From positions 160,001 to 224,000 of the forward strand of contig JBFWVL010000005.1 of NCBI GenBank assembly GCA_050246755.1: a stretch of DNA of 64,000 bases, read 5' to 3'. The notes under the pieces were generated by a model. The model made no database searches. It saw nothing but the letters and a program-made list of their open reading frames with translations, and had not been told where the DNA came from. This stretch comes from Bacteriovoracia bacterium (lineage in GTDB: Bacteria; Bdellovibrionota; UBA1018; CAIPTA01). Both the position numbers and the translations under genes were made by a program. Of this stretch, positions 17,705 through 26,988 are shown in pieces. The stretch's first letter is position 1. Every line of letters starts with the position of its first letter.

Positions 17705-19227
17705 TCAACGCTCATTTCGACGCTTTCAAGAGGGAGCGTGTGAATCCCAAGCGGATGCGACGGCACTGACTTCACCCGACGGCTCCAAAGCCCAGAGGCT
17801 TCAGATCCGAAAAAAAGCGGAATCACAGTATTGTGTGCCAGAATTTTCTTTTGGATGTCCTTGTAGGCGTTCGCTCTGTCTTCTGGATCAACAATTTGAA
17901 TCACGTTGAGCAGAGCACTATCGACAGCTTTATCATCGACGTAAAAGTAATTAGATTCGTATTTGCCTTTGAAATAACCAAGGACAGAAAAGCCATCGGG
18001 GTAGTCCATCGCTTTTCGTGCGATGATAGCTTGGGACTTTTTCCCGAAGAGGCGCTGGAGTTTCTCACCCTTTGACAGTGCATTGAGCTTCACGGTTACG
18101 CCAAGTAGCGCCCACTTCTCTTTTAGAAAAAGTGCCGTCTTCTCTTCCAAGTTTGATGCGCCCTCGTAGTCCATCTCAATGACGATTGGCTTCGACGGTT
18201 TTGCCGACTTCATCGACTTCAACTGCTCCACGTCGGTTGCACTAAGTTCTCCGGCTAGACCAAATGGAATCAGGCCAAATGCCGCGCGATAAGACTGATT
18301 GCCAAGACTGCGAATGATTTCTGCGGAATCTACGGACGAATAGAGCGCGCGCCGCACATCACTCGGGACCTTCTCAGGATTGAAAACTACAAAAACTTCT
18401 CCCGCAAGTTCAGTAGCGGCGGCGGCCCAGCCCTGCTTTTGGAGTTTGGCCTTCTCGATATCGTCGATCCGATAGTGGTCGAGTGTATCAATCTTTTCAG
18501 CCAGCGCGAGCTCAACGGGTTTCTCGGCGACCATCGAATACGAAATGGATTTAGGAGGCAATGGGCTGTCCAGAGCGTCAGGTCTCCATTTCTCGATGGT
18601 GAGATTGGTCTTTGTTACTTCGCCGACGAGTTTGTAAGGGCCGCTAAACGCTCCCTTTGCTGAAATCTCCGGATTCTGTTTGAAGTCGTCAATCGGAAGG
18701 ATTGAGCAATCGGCTACAGCGAGTTGCTTCAGGAAAATGGCCGAGGGCTCGCTCAGTCGGAATTCGACAGTTTGATCGTCGATTGGAACCACTCCGAATT
18801 TTCCGATCTCCTGCTGGGTCTTGAATGCCCTCGCACCAGAAATGTAGTCAATGTCAGCGGCCATCGACGCTCCGACAAGAAACATCCTAGCGAACGTCAT
18901 TTGGACATTCTTGGCGGTGATCGGTTTTCCATCGGAAAATGTGGCTTTGCGTATTTTGAAGCGGTACGTCTTGTGATCTTCCGATTCAGTCCACGATTCC
19001 GCCAGGTCAGCGCGGATATCTCCGGTCGTGTTGTATCGGAGAAGCCCACGGTACAACTGAGTAGCCACAGCCATCGAGTACGCGTCTTCCATTTTCTGCG
19101 GATCGAGATTCATCGCCACCGCCGGCAAATGAATTCGCAACCCTTCAATCGCAGGAGTTTTAGATTTTGTGCAACTGACCATCACAGCTCCTAAAAGGAT
19201 GAATGCAACACCTCTACAAACGTGCAT
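17701..19227 (-). CDS. Family-5 (OppA/DppA-like) solute-binding lipoprotein, no cognate permease
   Basis: Lipobox MVSC, LDP, LYRGLL, DLAESW, FSDGKPITA, SGPYKL. Confidence 0.9.
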   Translation of the reverse strand: MHVCRGVAFILLGAVMVSCTKSKTPAIEGLRIHLPAVAMNLDPQKMEDAYSMAVATQLYRGLLRYNTTGDIRADLAESWTESEDHKTYRFKIRKATFSDGKPITAKNVQMTFARMFLVGASMAADIDYISGARAFKTQQEIGKFGVVPIDDQTVEFRLSEPSAIFLKQLAVADCSILPIDDFKQNPEISAKGAFSGPYKLVGEVTKTNLTIEKWRPDALDSPLPPKSISYSMVAEKPVELALAEKIDTLDHYRIDDIEKAKLQKQGWAAAATELAGEVFVVFNPEKVPSDVRRALYSSVDSAEIIRSLGNQSYRAAFGLIPFGLAGELSATDVEQLKSMKSAKPSKPIVIEMDYEGASNLEEKTALFLKEKWALLGVTVKLNALSKGEKLQRLFGKKSQAIIARKAMDYPDGFSVLGYFKGKYESNYFYVDDKAVDSALLNVIQIVDPEDRANAYKDIQKKILAHNTVIPLFFGSEASGLWSRRVKSVPSHPLGIHTLPLESVEMSVE

Positions 19228-20392
19228 AACCAGCTCTTTGCTTCGCCTGAAATCTCGGCAATGTCATAAGGCCGAGTACGATCGCGCAAAAGGCTCCTCG
19301 CCACAGTCCATCGGCAAATACCGGGAGAACCTTGCTCCACGATCCCACCAGGAGTTCGCCGCTCGCAAGAATGACAACCATTTGAGTCATGCGCGCACTC
19401 GTGACTGCTCCCATCTTTTCCTGGGGTGTATCCATCTGAATGTGCGCTGAGATTCTATGAAGAATCAGCCAGTAAAACGTATCTTTGGAGAGAGCGAGAG
19501 CAACCGTTATCCAGCCCATGCCAGAAAAGTAGCCGAGCATGCCATAAGAGACCGCAAGCCCGATCCAAAGAGACGATGAACGCTCACTAAGGGAATTGGA
19601 CCGCTCGATATATCCGGCAAACCACACGGCGACTCCGTAGATACCAATTAGAAGTGCCATCCACTTTTGATCGTCGCCCACCAGACGAGCTGTGAAGGAG
19701 GTCGTTCCCATCATTGAAATGGCCAAGAGCAAATCTAAGACGGCAGCGCGACTATTGTATCTGTAGAAGTCGGCGAACTTCGCGAAGACACTCTCGGCAA
19801 ACGAAGCTGCTCGCTCAATCGTGGGCTCCGCAATTGGCAAGAAGAATACAATGATTCCATTTGCCGTGAATGTCGCGAGATCGAACCAGATCGCAGTTTC
19901 GAATGTCGAATACTTAATGATGGGCCACGCGCAAAGACCGGCGAAAAGTGTAGCTCCTTGAGTTGCCTTGTTGAACCAGATTGCGTGACTTGCATTCGAG
20001 GCATACGAAGTGTCTGCCAAGAGCTTCGTGATCTTCGCTTTGCTGCCTGCCTGGAACGAAACGATGGAAGTTTTGAGTAGACTGAAAGCAACGAGTAGCC
20101 AGTATCCGTGGTGGCCCTGTTCCCAGGCCCAAAGAATACCGAGTGAAGCCGCAGCCGCACCAAGTTCAGCTACAACGATGGTCAGCCGCGGAGAAATAGA
20201 ATCGGTAACATGCCCGAACAGGCCAGCAATGATTATGGGTACTAACCGCTGAAGACCTAGAATTAAACTGATGTGAAAAAGGTCAAAGCCCCCCTGAACC
20301 ATGAAGGCAACCAAGCAGATATTGAACGTGAAACTCCCAATGGAAGAAAGGAGCGTGCCCAAGTAAAACCAAGAGGCTAGGTTCATTTTCAT
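19214..20392 (-). CDS. MFS transporter (putative peptide exporter)
   Basis: About 12 hydrophobic segments, GHVTDSISPR motif A-like, PQEKMGAV. Confidence 0.85.
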   Translation of the reverse strand: MKMNLASWFYLGTLLSSIGSFTFNICLVAFMVQGGFDLFHISLILGLQRLVPIIIAGLFGHVTDSISPRLTIVVAELGAAAASLGILWAWEQGHHGYWLLVAFSLLKTSIVSFQAGSKAKITKLLADTSYASNASHAIWFNKATQGATLFAGLCAWPIIKYSTFETAIWFDLATFTANGIIVFFLPIAEPTIERAASFAESVFAKFADFYRYNSRAAVLDLLLAISMMGTTSFTARLVGDDQKWMALLIGIYGVAVWFAGYIERSNSLSERSSSLWIGLAVSYGMLGYFSGMGWITVALALSKDTFYWLILHRISAHIQMDTPQEKMGAVTSARMTQMVVILASGELLVGSWSKVLPVFADGLWRGAFCAIVLGLMTLPRFQAKQRAGYARL

Positions 20393-21870
20393 GATACTGC
20401 CTCCTCGGTCTCCGCAGACTCGCCGAGAAGACGTTTCTTTCTGTTGAAGTAAGCTGCCTTCGACATTCCGAGAAGCGTATAGAGGAATCTGTTATTCCCA
20501 TCGAAAAGCTTCAATCCGCTGGCTAGATACAAGCGTTCCATCCATTCGAGGGCCGACTGAAATTGCGCTGCGGAAACATCCTCCTTCGAGCGCGGAAGCA
20601 GTCCATCGGGAATGAAAATTAGCTGATCCGGCGAAACAGCATTCGGATCAAGGCCAAGGTGTTCAGGTTTCAACACGGGCCTGGAGGAACCCTTGATGTC
20701 AATGTAAGCGCGTTCAACCGCATTCTGAAGCTCTCGAATGTTCCCACGCCAAGGATATGCAGCGAGCACCTTGCGTGCGGGCACGGAAATCTTTCCCATT
20801 GGAAGTCGGCGCTTCAAAAACTCCTCGGCCAAATATTCGATGTCCTCTGGACGCTCTCTCAGCGCCGGGACGCGAAGGGAAATCTGATTGAGACGGTAGA
20901 AGAGGTCTTCTCTGAAACGTCCCTTTTTGATTTCGGCTTCCAGGTCTCGGTTTGTAGCCGCAATCACGCGCACATTCACGGTAACGGGCTTGATGGCACC
21001 CACTGGAGTAAAGGTTTGTTCTTGGAGAACTCGCAAAAGCTTAGCCTGCATTTCCAAGGGAACTTCACCGATCTCATCGAGAAAGATGTCACCACCGTCG
21101 GCAAGCTTGAATTGGCCCTGCTTCGCCTCTGATGCCCCGGTGAAGGCGCCTTTTGCGTGACCAAACAACTCACTCTCGAAAAGGTTCGCCGGGATCGCGG
21201 CGCAATTGACGGCAATGAATGGTCGCGAGGGATCGTCTTCTTGAAGGTTGAGATTCCTGGCTACTAGCTCTTTTCCGGTTCCGTTTTCTCCAGTGATAAG
21301 AACGTAGGAATGTGTTCCCTTCATTCTCAGGATGTCGCGACGAAGCTTCAAAGTAACTTCGGAAACGCCCAATATCTCGTATGAACGAACATGCGTTGCG
21401 AGCTTGGCCGTTAATTTCCGATTTTTCTCAAACTGCGTTTCGTTTTCCTGAATCAGAGTCCGATTTCGTCGAAGGATCGCAGCTTTCTCCAATACGTTTG
21501 CCACGCGAAATTTTAGGTTTGCTGCAAATTCATCCGAGCCTTTGATGACGAAATCGGCCGCGCCAGCCTTCATCGTTTCAATAATGGTTTCGGGCTGACT
21601 ATTTCCGGTCAACATCACGACAGGGAGCTCGGGCATTCGGCGCTTGAGGAGCTTCAAAAATTCCAGCCCTGAAATTTGAGGTAAACCAAAGTCGAGAAGA
21701 ACTAGATCGGGCCGGAACTGGCCGAGGACCCGCATCGCTTCAGTCGGCTCATGGACCGTCGATACCTCGTGCTCCTGGCGAAAAAGAGCTACAACGGACT
21801 CAGCGAAACGCTTGTCATCGTCTACGAGCAGAATCCTTAAAGCTGGTGTTCCTTCTGGGCTTTCCGGCAT
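20389..21870 (-). CDS. Sigma54-dependent response regulator (NtrC-like)
   Basis: Receiver domain, GENGTGKE, ESELFGH-GAFTGA, FLDEIGE, FREDLFYRLN, WRGNIREL, C-terminal HTH. Confidence 0.95.
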   Translation of the reverse strand: MPESPEGTPALRILLVDDDKRFAESVVALFRQEHEVSTVHEPTEAMRVLGQFRPDLVLLDFGLPQISGLEFLKLLKRRMPELPVVMLTGNSQPETIIETMKAGAADFVIKGSDEFAANLKFRVANVLEKAAILRRNRTLIQENETQFEKNRKLTAKLATHVRSYEILGVSEVTLKLRRDILRMKGTHSYVLITGENGTGKELVARNLNLQEDDPSRPFIAVNCAAIPANLFESELFGHAKGAFTGASEAKQGQFKLADGGDIFLDEIGEVPLEMQAKLLRVLQEQTFTPVGAIKPVTVNVRVIAATNRDLEAEIKKGRFREDLFYRLNQISLRVPALRERPEDIEYLAEEFLKRRLPMGKISVPARKVLAAYPWRGNIRELQNAVERAYIDIKGSSRPVLKPEHLGLDPNAVSPDQLIFIPDGLLPRSKEDVSAAQFQSALEWMERLYLASGLKLFDGNNRFLYTLLGMSKAAYFNRKKRLLGESAETEEAVS

Positions 21871-21883
21871 AAGCCGGAGACAT

Positions 21884-21900
21884 AGCTAGGTTCATGCCAA
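21884..21900 (-). promoter_or_regulatory. Sigma54 (-24/-12) promoter of cassette 1
   Basis: TTGGCATGAACCTAGCT = TGGCA, GG-N10-GC, just upstream of the regulator gene. Confidence 0.65.
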
Positions 21901-21985
21901 AACGGAGGGCTTTACTCAACTACCTAAAATTGCAGGAGAATGGCTCTGGCAGCGGCTCTCGGGTGATTTCGAGGTATCTAAAAGA

Positions 21986-22001
21986 GTCTATATAGATAGA
22001 C
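21986..22001. promoter_or_regulatory. GTCT-N8-AGAC palindrome (putative UAS) about 90 bp upstream of the sigma54 promoter
   Basis: GTCTATATAGATAGAC followed by CCG, as in the sites at 14637 and 14657. Confidence 0.65.
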
Positions 22002-22090
22002 CCGATATGTAGAACTTTCACGAAACTGACCAATCGGTAGCAGATTGACCCCATATACAAGAACCGTTTCCCAAACAAATTCAGTAGGTC

Positions 22091-22504
22091 CTAACGGAAT
22101 ATGGCGAAGCTCGCTATCAGCTTGAGCAGATCAGCACATGCTCGGCCGCCGATCACAGCTAGGAAAATTTCAGCCCAACGGGGAAAGCGGAAGACCGGGA
22201 ATTCCAATTTCCAAGAATTGAATCCGTACCCACTTCTACGGTGGCCGGAAGCGATTACAGCTTGGGCGTCGATCATGACGAGTTGAGCTTGGTGCATCTT
22301 CTCGGGACCGTAGTGTTGAAAGAGCCGATATAGCTCGCGGCAGGGAATTTCGGACGGCTTTTTTTCAATGTCTAGGAGTCTCGCTTCGGAGATTCCGAGG
22401 GAAGCCGCAACTTGTCCCGCACTTTCTCTTCGCTGCGTTCGTGCGCTGTAAAGAAAGCGACCCAGCTTCCGATTCATCGTAGCCCTTACTAATTCTCTGT
22501 CCAT
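22091..22504 (-). CDS. XRE-like HTH protein with hydrophobic C-terminus
   Basis: LGRFLYSARTQRRES..VAASLGIS...IEK. ATG 22504 follows AAGGAGG. Confidence 0.65.
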   Translation of the reverse strand: MDRELVRATMNRKLGRFLYSARTQRRESAGQVAASLGISEARLLDIEKKPSEIPCRELYRLFQHYGPEKMHQAQLVMIDAQAVIASGHRRSGYGFNSWKLEFPVFRFPRWAEIFLAVIGGRACADLLKLIASFAIFR

Positions 22505-22528
22505 CGTGCCTCCTTCAGCGATCACGCC

Positions 22529-22592
22529 GCATACGATCGTATGCACATTAGTTCAGAAAACCATCGAAAATCAAGTGCATACGATCATATGC
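22529..22592. promoter_or_regulatory. Pair of 16-bp palindromic operators between divergent XRE genes
   Basis: GCATACGATCGTATGC (22529-22544, perfect) and GCATACGATCATATGC (22577-22592). Confidence 0.7.
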
Positions 22593-22605
22593 GCGATTTT
22601 CGGGG

Positions 22606-22854
22606 GTGCAGGTGGCAGAACGTGATTCATTAACCAGTGGCGAAAAAAAGCTACTGAAAGTATTTGGGACCCGCGTCAGAGCTATCAGGGAGCAACAGAA
22701 GAAGTCGGTGTACGACGTTACTGGTGACGACATGCCAATAAAGACTCGGCAACACTGGCAGATGATAGAGGCCGGGAAGAAGAACATTCAGCTCACAACA
22801 ATTTCAAAAATTGCTGAATCGCTGGAGATTTCTTCCGGTGAATTATTTAAGTAG
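22606..22854 (+). CDS. XRE-family transcriptional regulator
   Basis: FGTRVRAIRE...IEAGKKNIQLTTISKIAESLEIS. Confidence 0.85.
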   Translation: MQVAERDSLTSGEKKLLKVFGTRVRAIREQQKKSVYDVTGDDMPIKTRQHWQMIEAGKKNIQLTTISKIAESLEISSGELFK

Positions 22855-22882
22855 GGAACCTGGGCCTCGGAAGAGATGGTTG

Positions 22883-24040
22883 TTAGGGCAGGCTCTTCCC
22901 AAGGCGTTCGCACGCGGCGACCAATTCATTGGGAGTGGACTCGCTAGAGTACTTTACAATCCATTCACGGCGCTCATCCACCAGTTTTGACAGCTCACGG
23001 ATTTGGCTTTGTACATCTGGAACCGTTAGCCGATAGAATCCATGACTCTCACCTAAGACCTCCGCGATCACCTGTTCCATCTGAATTGCAAAACGAATTA
23101 AGTGCAGAGGCTCCTGGTGGTTTGCCAACTCCAAAATTATCTTCTGATTTGAACTTTTCTTTCTCGAAAACAGCTTTGTCAGAAATCCGCGTTCGCTCGG
23201 GTTTGTCATCGTCTTCAAATTCGATTCCATATTGAGGAACCATCGGCAACGAAGCTCCTTGAGCTGATGCTTCATCGCAAAGAGGTGATTCTTGTATTCA
23301 CCGCTATCTGGAGCCGCAAGCCTCTCCTTTAAGCTCTCGTAGATCGCCTCCAACTGCGCACTCAAATCGTTGCCCAGGAGCTCAATCTGCAAATCTACTT
23401 TCTTATCAATTCTCCCGATTTTTTTTGCATTGTCGTACCCCGAAATGATGTGAGCAGTTCCTACAATCAGTGCGCCGATATTCGCAATACGCGAGACGGC
23501 GCTTGGATCGATCTGCTTGGCCTGGGAAATAAACCTGCGACCGTTCTTGTCTACGGCGATTAGTAACTTTTCTCCGTTCTTCGTTACTAACTGAACTGCC
23601 GATTCCTGTTCAAGGAGTTGAGCCGTTGCACTTGGAAACCTCGCCAAGATGAGGTCACGCGCCTGCGCCGAATTGACAACTTCCAGGCCAACAATGAGAG
23701 CATCGGAGGCGCCGTCCGTTAAATGGGAATTCACCTCGCTCAATAGGCGGCCAGAAATTTGCTCACCAAATCTTGCAAAGTGAATCGCATCGCGAAAGCT
23801 AATGCCGGAAGTCGCACGGCTGTATGACCGAGCGAAAGAGCCTTCATCTGCGGAAGTAATCTCCGTCCGACGAGAACTTCTGGCGCGATAGCGTTTCCAA
23901 AATGCGATTGAAAGGGCGGCGCATACGGCGATCGCCGCCAACATCCAAATCATCTGTGCGCTCACACTCTGTATCAAGTTCGATCCCCATGTCTTATCGT
24001 CATTCAGTTGGTCAGACGATTTCAAACGACCCAAATGCAA
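22883..24040 (-). CDS. Hypothetical membrane-anchored protein (start may be later, e.g. 23953)
   Basis: N-terminal TM and helical body. Third gene of the DUF2779-SNF2 operon. Confidence 0.7.
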   Translation of the reverse strand: MHLGRLKSSDQLNDDKTWGSNLIQSVSAQMIWMLAAIAVCAALSIAFWKRYRARSSRRTEITSADEGSFARSYSRATSGISFRDAIHFARFGEQISGRLLSEVNSHLTDGASDALIVGLEVVNSAQARDLILARFPSATAQLLEQESAVQLVTKNGEKLLIAVDKNGRRFISQAKQIDPSAVSRIANIGALIVGTAHIISGYDNAKKIGRIDKKVDLQIELLGNDLSAQLEAIYESLKERLAAPDSGEYKNHLFAMKHQLKELRCRWFLNMESNLKTMTNPSERGFLTKLFSRKKSSNQKIILELANHQEPLHLIRFAIQMEQVIAEVLGESHGFYRLTVPDVQSQIRELSKLVDERREWIVKYSSESTPNELVAACERLGKSLP

Positions 24041-26987
24041 TTAGTTCCGGCTCTGAAGCAATGCTAGTTTTACTTTCCAGCGTAGCTATAAGCTTTTTCT
24101 CGCGGTCTCGGGAGTTCCTGCCAACTTCCGCCAGCTCTTCGTCGATCTTAAGTTGTTTGTCCTTCAGTTTGGAAATCTCAGAATTGATTTCGCTCTGAGC
24201 TTTGAGGGGCAATTTCCGCCGTTCCTTCTTCAGCTCCTCAATGCGCTTTTGGAGGTCGTCTTTCTCATATCTCTTCTGTCTTTCAAGGTCTTCAAAGAGG
24301 TGTTCGATTTTTTCCAATTCTTCATGATACAGCTCCTCCGTGTTTCCCATGAGGATTGCCTTTTGCCGTTCGACTTCCGTTTTTAGAAAATCACGGCAAT
24401 GGGTTCCAGTTGGAGGTGAACATGGTTTTTGGTCCATCTCGCTGCTGACGGTAATAAGCTTCGTAGCAAGTTCGATGTCGAGAGCCTGTTGCCCAATTAG
24501 AAAAATAGGAACTAGTACATCGAAAGACTCGATCCCGTTAATTCTGACTCGATGGAGTTCAAAAGATCCCTTCTGGCCGACGTATGGCTCTAGTAGGGAA
24601 ATCCGGTGACGGCCCGACATATTGAATTTGACGTGACCACTTAACACCGACTTCGGCACTAGGTCTCGAAATCCATTGTGTCCCGAGTGGATAAGCTGAC
24701 AATCGTCGCCACTTGTCTTTACAAATTTGTATAGAACTTCGGCTTCAAGCCCGCGGAAATTTTCTTTCAGCTTCAATTCCTGTCCGTCGTACTGCCTGGT
24801 GGACTCAGGCACTATGGAGAGCACACAGTCGCGAACCAGTGCCTGTTTTGCGTCTATGGCGTCCTTCGCCTTCTGGTGTACGTCTTTCAATCTCTTTTGA
24901 ACGTCTTCGTCAAATTCAGCCAGTAACTTTTCGCGGGCACCTCTTAACCGTTCATCGACGGCCTCGCGATTGTTCTCCATCATTTCGGCGAATTTTCGGT
25001 CGATCTCTTCGGGCGTCCGGCACGAAAGGTAAATCCCAAGGATTTCCTTTTCCACATCTGTACCAGATTGAATTGCCCCTAAGACTTCGTCTGATACACC
25101 GAATGCACCTTCGAAAAGATGGAATTTCTCGTCCAGCAATTCAAGAACACGTCTGTCTGCGTGGTTTCTTTTATTTACGAAATTCACAACCACCACGTCT
25201 AGTTTCTGTCCGTAACGATGACAGCGCCCGATTCGTTGCTCAATACGTTGTGGGTTCCAGGGAAGATCGTAGTTAATAATCAAGTTGCAGAATTGTAGAT
25301 TCAGTCCCTCGGCGCCGGCTTCAGTAGTAAGGAAGACTTTCTTGCTGTCCCTAAATTCATTCACGAGTCTTCGGCGGCTCTCTGCATCGCCGACGCTACC
25401 ATTGAAGAGGACAATATCGTTTTCAAGCGTAAGTCCCATTTGCTGAAGGACGTTGATGACATACTGCTGAGTCGTTTTGAATTCCGTAAAAATGACGGCT
25501 TTTTCCGGCCATCCTTCCGCTCTAGCTTTGCGGAACTGCTCTTCCAAGGCTTTCTTCAGCGCGTCGCCTTTGGTGTTCTCCCGAATCTTTTTCGTTAGGC
25601 AGATAAATTGTAGAACTTGTCTGGCTTCGATTAGAACCGTGTCATGAGACGGTCGTTGCGCAGAGAGATCGTCTCCCAAAGCTTCTTCAAGGTCATCTTC
25701 GTCATAGTTTTCGGAGATTTCCTCCTCTTCGCCGATCAAGTCTTCTAGTTCCGAAGGCGCGACCGATTCTCGCAGACCTTCGTAAGATTTCGGCCGCACG
25801 TTTTTGTAGAGGAGTTTCTCGAAGTCTTCGAGTTCGAGAGAACGCTTACCGTTATCAAGGGTCAGAGTTTTGCTTATTTCAGCCATGAGCTTCTTGTGAA
25901 GCTCACGGTCGTCGGCCTGAACTGCATAGAGAACGAACCGTTTGTAGATTCCGAGGAGACTATTCTTTAGAGCAAATGAAGAACTCGCCAGAAGTTTGCA
26001 GTAGATGAGCTTTAGCAGGTGGGAGGCCATCGGAGGAATACCCAGAATATCATCCCGAGTGAGGTAAGCCTCAAAATCCTTCCGCAGTTCTTCCTCTTCG
26101 TCGTCCGGATCAAATTCCAGCGTTATTGCGTGCCTCTGGGTGTATTTGATGAAGTCGCTGACATTTTTGCGAAGTTCTCTATGAAAGAACTTCTTCATTC
26201 GATACTTGAGTTCCGCAAGGCGCTCCTCGCGATCCTCGTCAGGAATTTTTTGAAAGGTGCGTTGAAAGCTCTCTTGAGTGCCGAGAATCGACTCCTCTAT
26301 GAAGGAGGTCAATCCATAGAGTTCCATCAAGTTGTTTTGCATCGGCGTCGCGGTCAAGAGGACTTTCTTGAAGGGCCGAATCGTTTCTCGAATTAGCTTT
26401 GCTCTCTGAGCCTGCTTTTTACCGGGCCGCCATACGTTTCTGAGCTTGTGCGCTTCATCGACCACGATCAAATCCCAAGCAATGCTCGCCAATTTTCCCG
26501 AATACTTATTAAAGAAGTGCTCATTCGTGATAACGATTTTTTCTTTCGCGTCGAGCGGAGATGGCTGTCCATTCTTCGTCGTTGCCTTGATTGACTGCGT
26601 GTCAATGATCCGGCTTTCCAGGCCAAAGAGATTCTGCAACTCATCTTGCCACTGATGGCGCAGTGATTTTGGCGCCACGATCAGGAATGAGCGTCTACCT
26701 TCTGCCCATAGCTGGCTGAGGACGAGTCCTGTTTCAATGGTTTTTCCAAGACCGACTTCATCAGCGAGAATAACTCCGCCAGCCAATGGATTTCGAAACG
26801 CAAAGGTAGCTGCCTCGACTTGGTGTGGGTTTAGATCGACTTTCGCTTCGATAATTGCTTGGTCCGTGGACTCACGGTCCCATTTTGGTTTTCGAAGCGT
26901 GAGGAGATTCATGTAGTAGAAAATCTGAAGTTCCGAGAGCCGATTATAGGCGGCAGCGCTGTCGCTCTTTGAATCTACGTTCCTCAC
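24012..26987 (-). CDS. SNF2-family helicase with C-terminal coiled coil
   Basis: LNPHQ, LADEVGLGKT, DEAH, TATP, EGLNLQ, YDLPWNPQRIEQRIGRCHRYGQ. GTG start right after the upstream stop is estimated. Confidence 0.9.
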   Translation of the reverse strand: MRNVDSKSDSAAAYNRLSELQIFYYMNLLTLRKPKWDRESTDQAIIEAKVDLNPHQVEAATFAFRNPLAGGVILADEVGLGKTIETGLVLSQLWAEGRRSFLIVAPKSLRHQWQDELQNLFGLESRIIDTQSIKATTKNGQPSPLDAKEKIVITNEHFFNKYSGKLASIAWDLIVVDEAHKLRNVWRPGKKQAQRAKLIRETIRPFKKVLLTATPMQNNLMELYGLTSFIEESILGTQESFQRTFQKIPDEDREERLAELKYRMKKFFHRELRKNVSDFIKYTQRHAITLEFDPDDEEEELRKDFEAYLTRDDILGIPPMASHLLKLIYCKLLASSSFALKNSLLGIYKRFVLYAVQADDRELHKKLMAEISKTLTLDNGKRSLELEDFEKLLYKNVRPKSYEGLRESVAPSELEDLIGEEEEISENYDEDDLEEALGDDLSAQRPSHDTVLIEARQVLQFICLTKKIRENTKGDALKKALEEQFRKARAEGWPEKAVIFTEFKTTQQYVINVLQQMGLTLENDIVLFNGSVGDAESRRRLVNEFRDSKKVFLTTEAGAEGLNLQFCNLIINYDLPWNPQRIEQRIGRCHRYGQKLDVVVVNFVNKRNHADRRVLELLDEKFHLFEGAFGVSDEVLGAIQSGTDVEKEILGIYLSCRTPEEIDRKFAEMMENNREAVDERLRGAREKLLAEFDEDVQKRLKDVHQKAKDAIDAKQALVRDCVLSIVPESTRQYDGQELKLKENFRGLEAEVLYKFVKTSGDDCQLIHSGHNGFRDLVPKSVLSGHVKFNMSGRHRISLLEPYVGQKGSFELHRVRINGIESFDVLVPIFLIGQQALDIELATKLITVSSEMDQKPCSPPTGTHCRDFLKTEVERQKAILMGNTEELYHEELEKIEHLFEDLERQKRYEKDDLQKRIEELKKERRKLPLKAQSEINSEISKLKDKQLKIDEELAEVGRNSRDREKKLIATLESKTSIASEPELIAFGSFEIV

Positions 26988-26988
26988 G

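Noticed and set aside
17701-19227. Opp/Dpp peptide uptake ABC transporter
   Set aside because: No permease or ATPase genes nearby; the gene is coupled to a histidine kinase instead.
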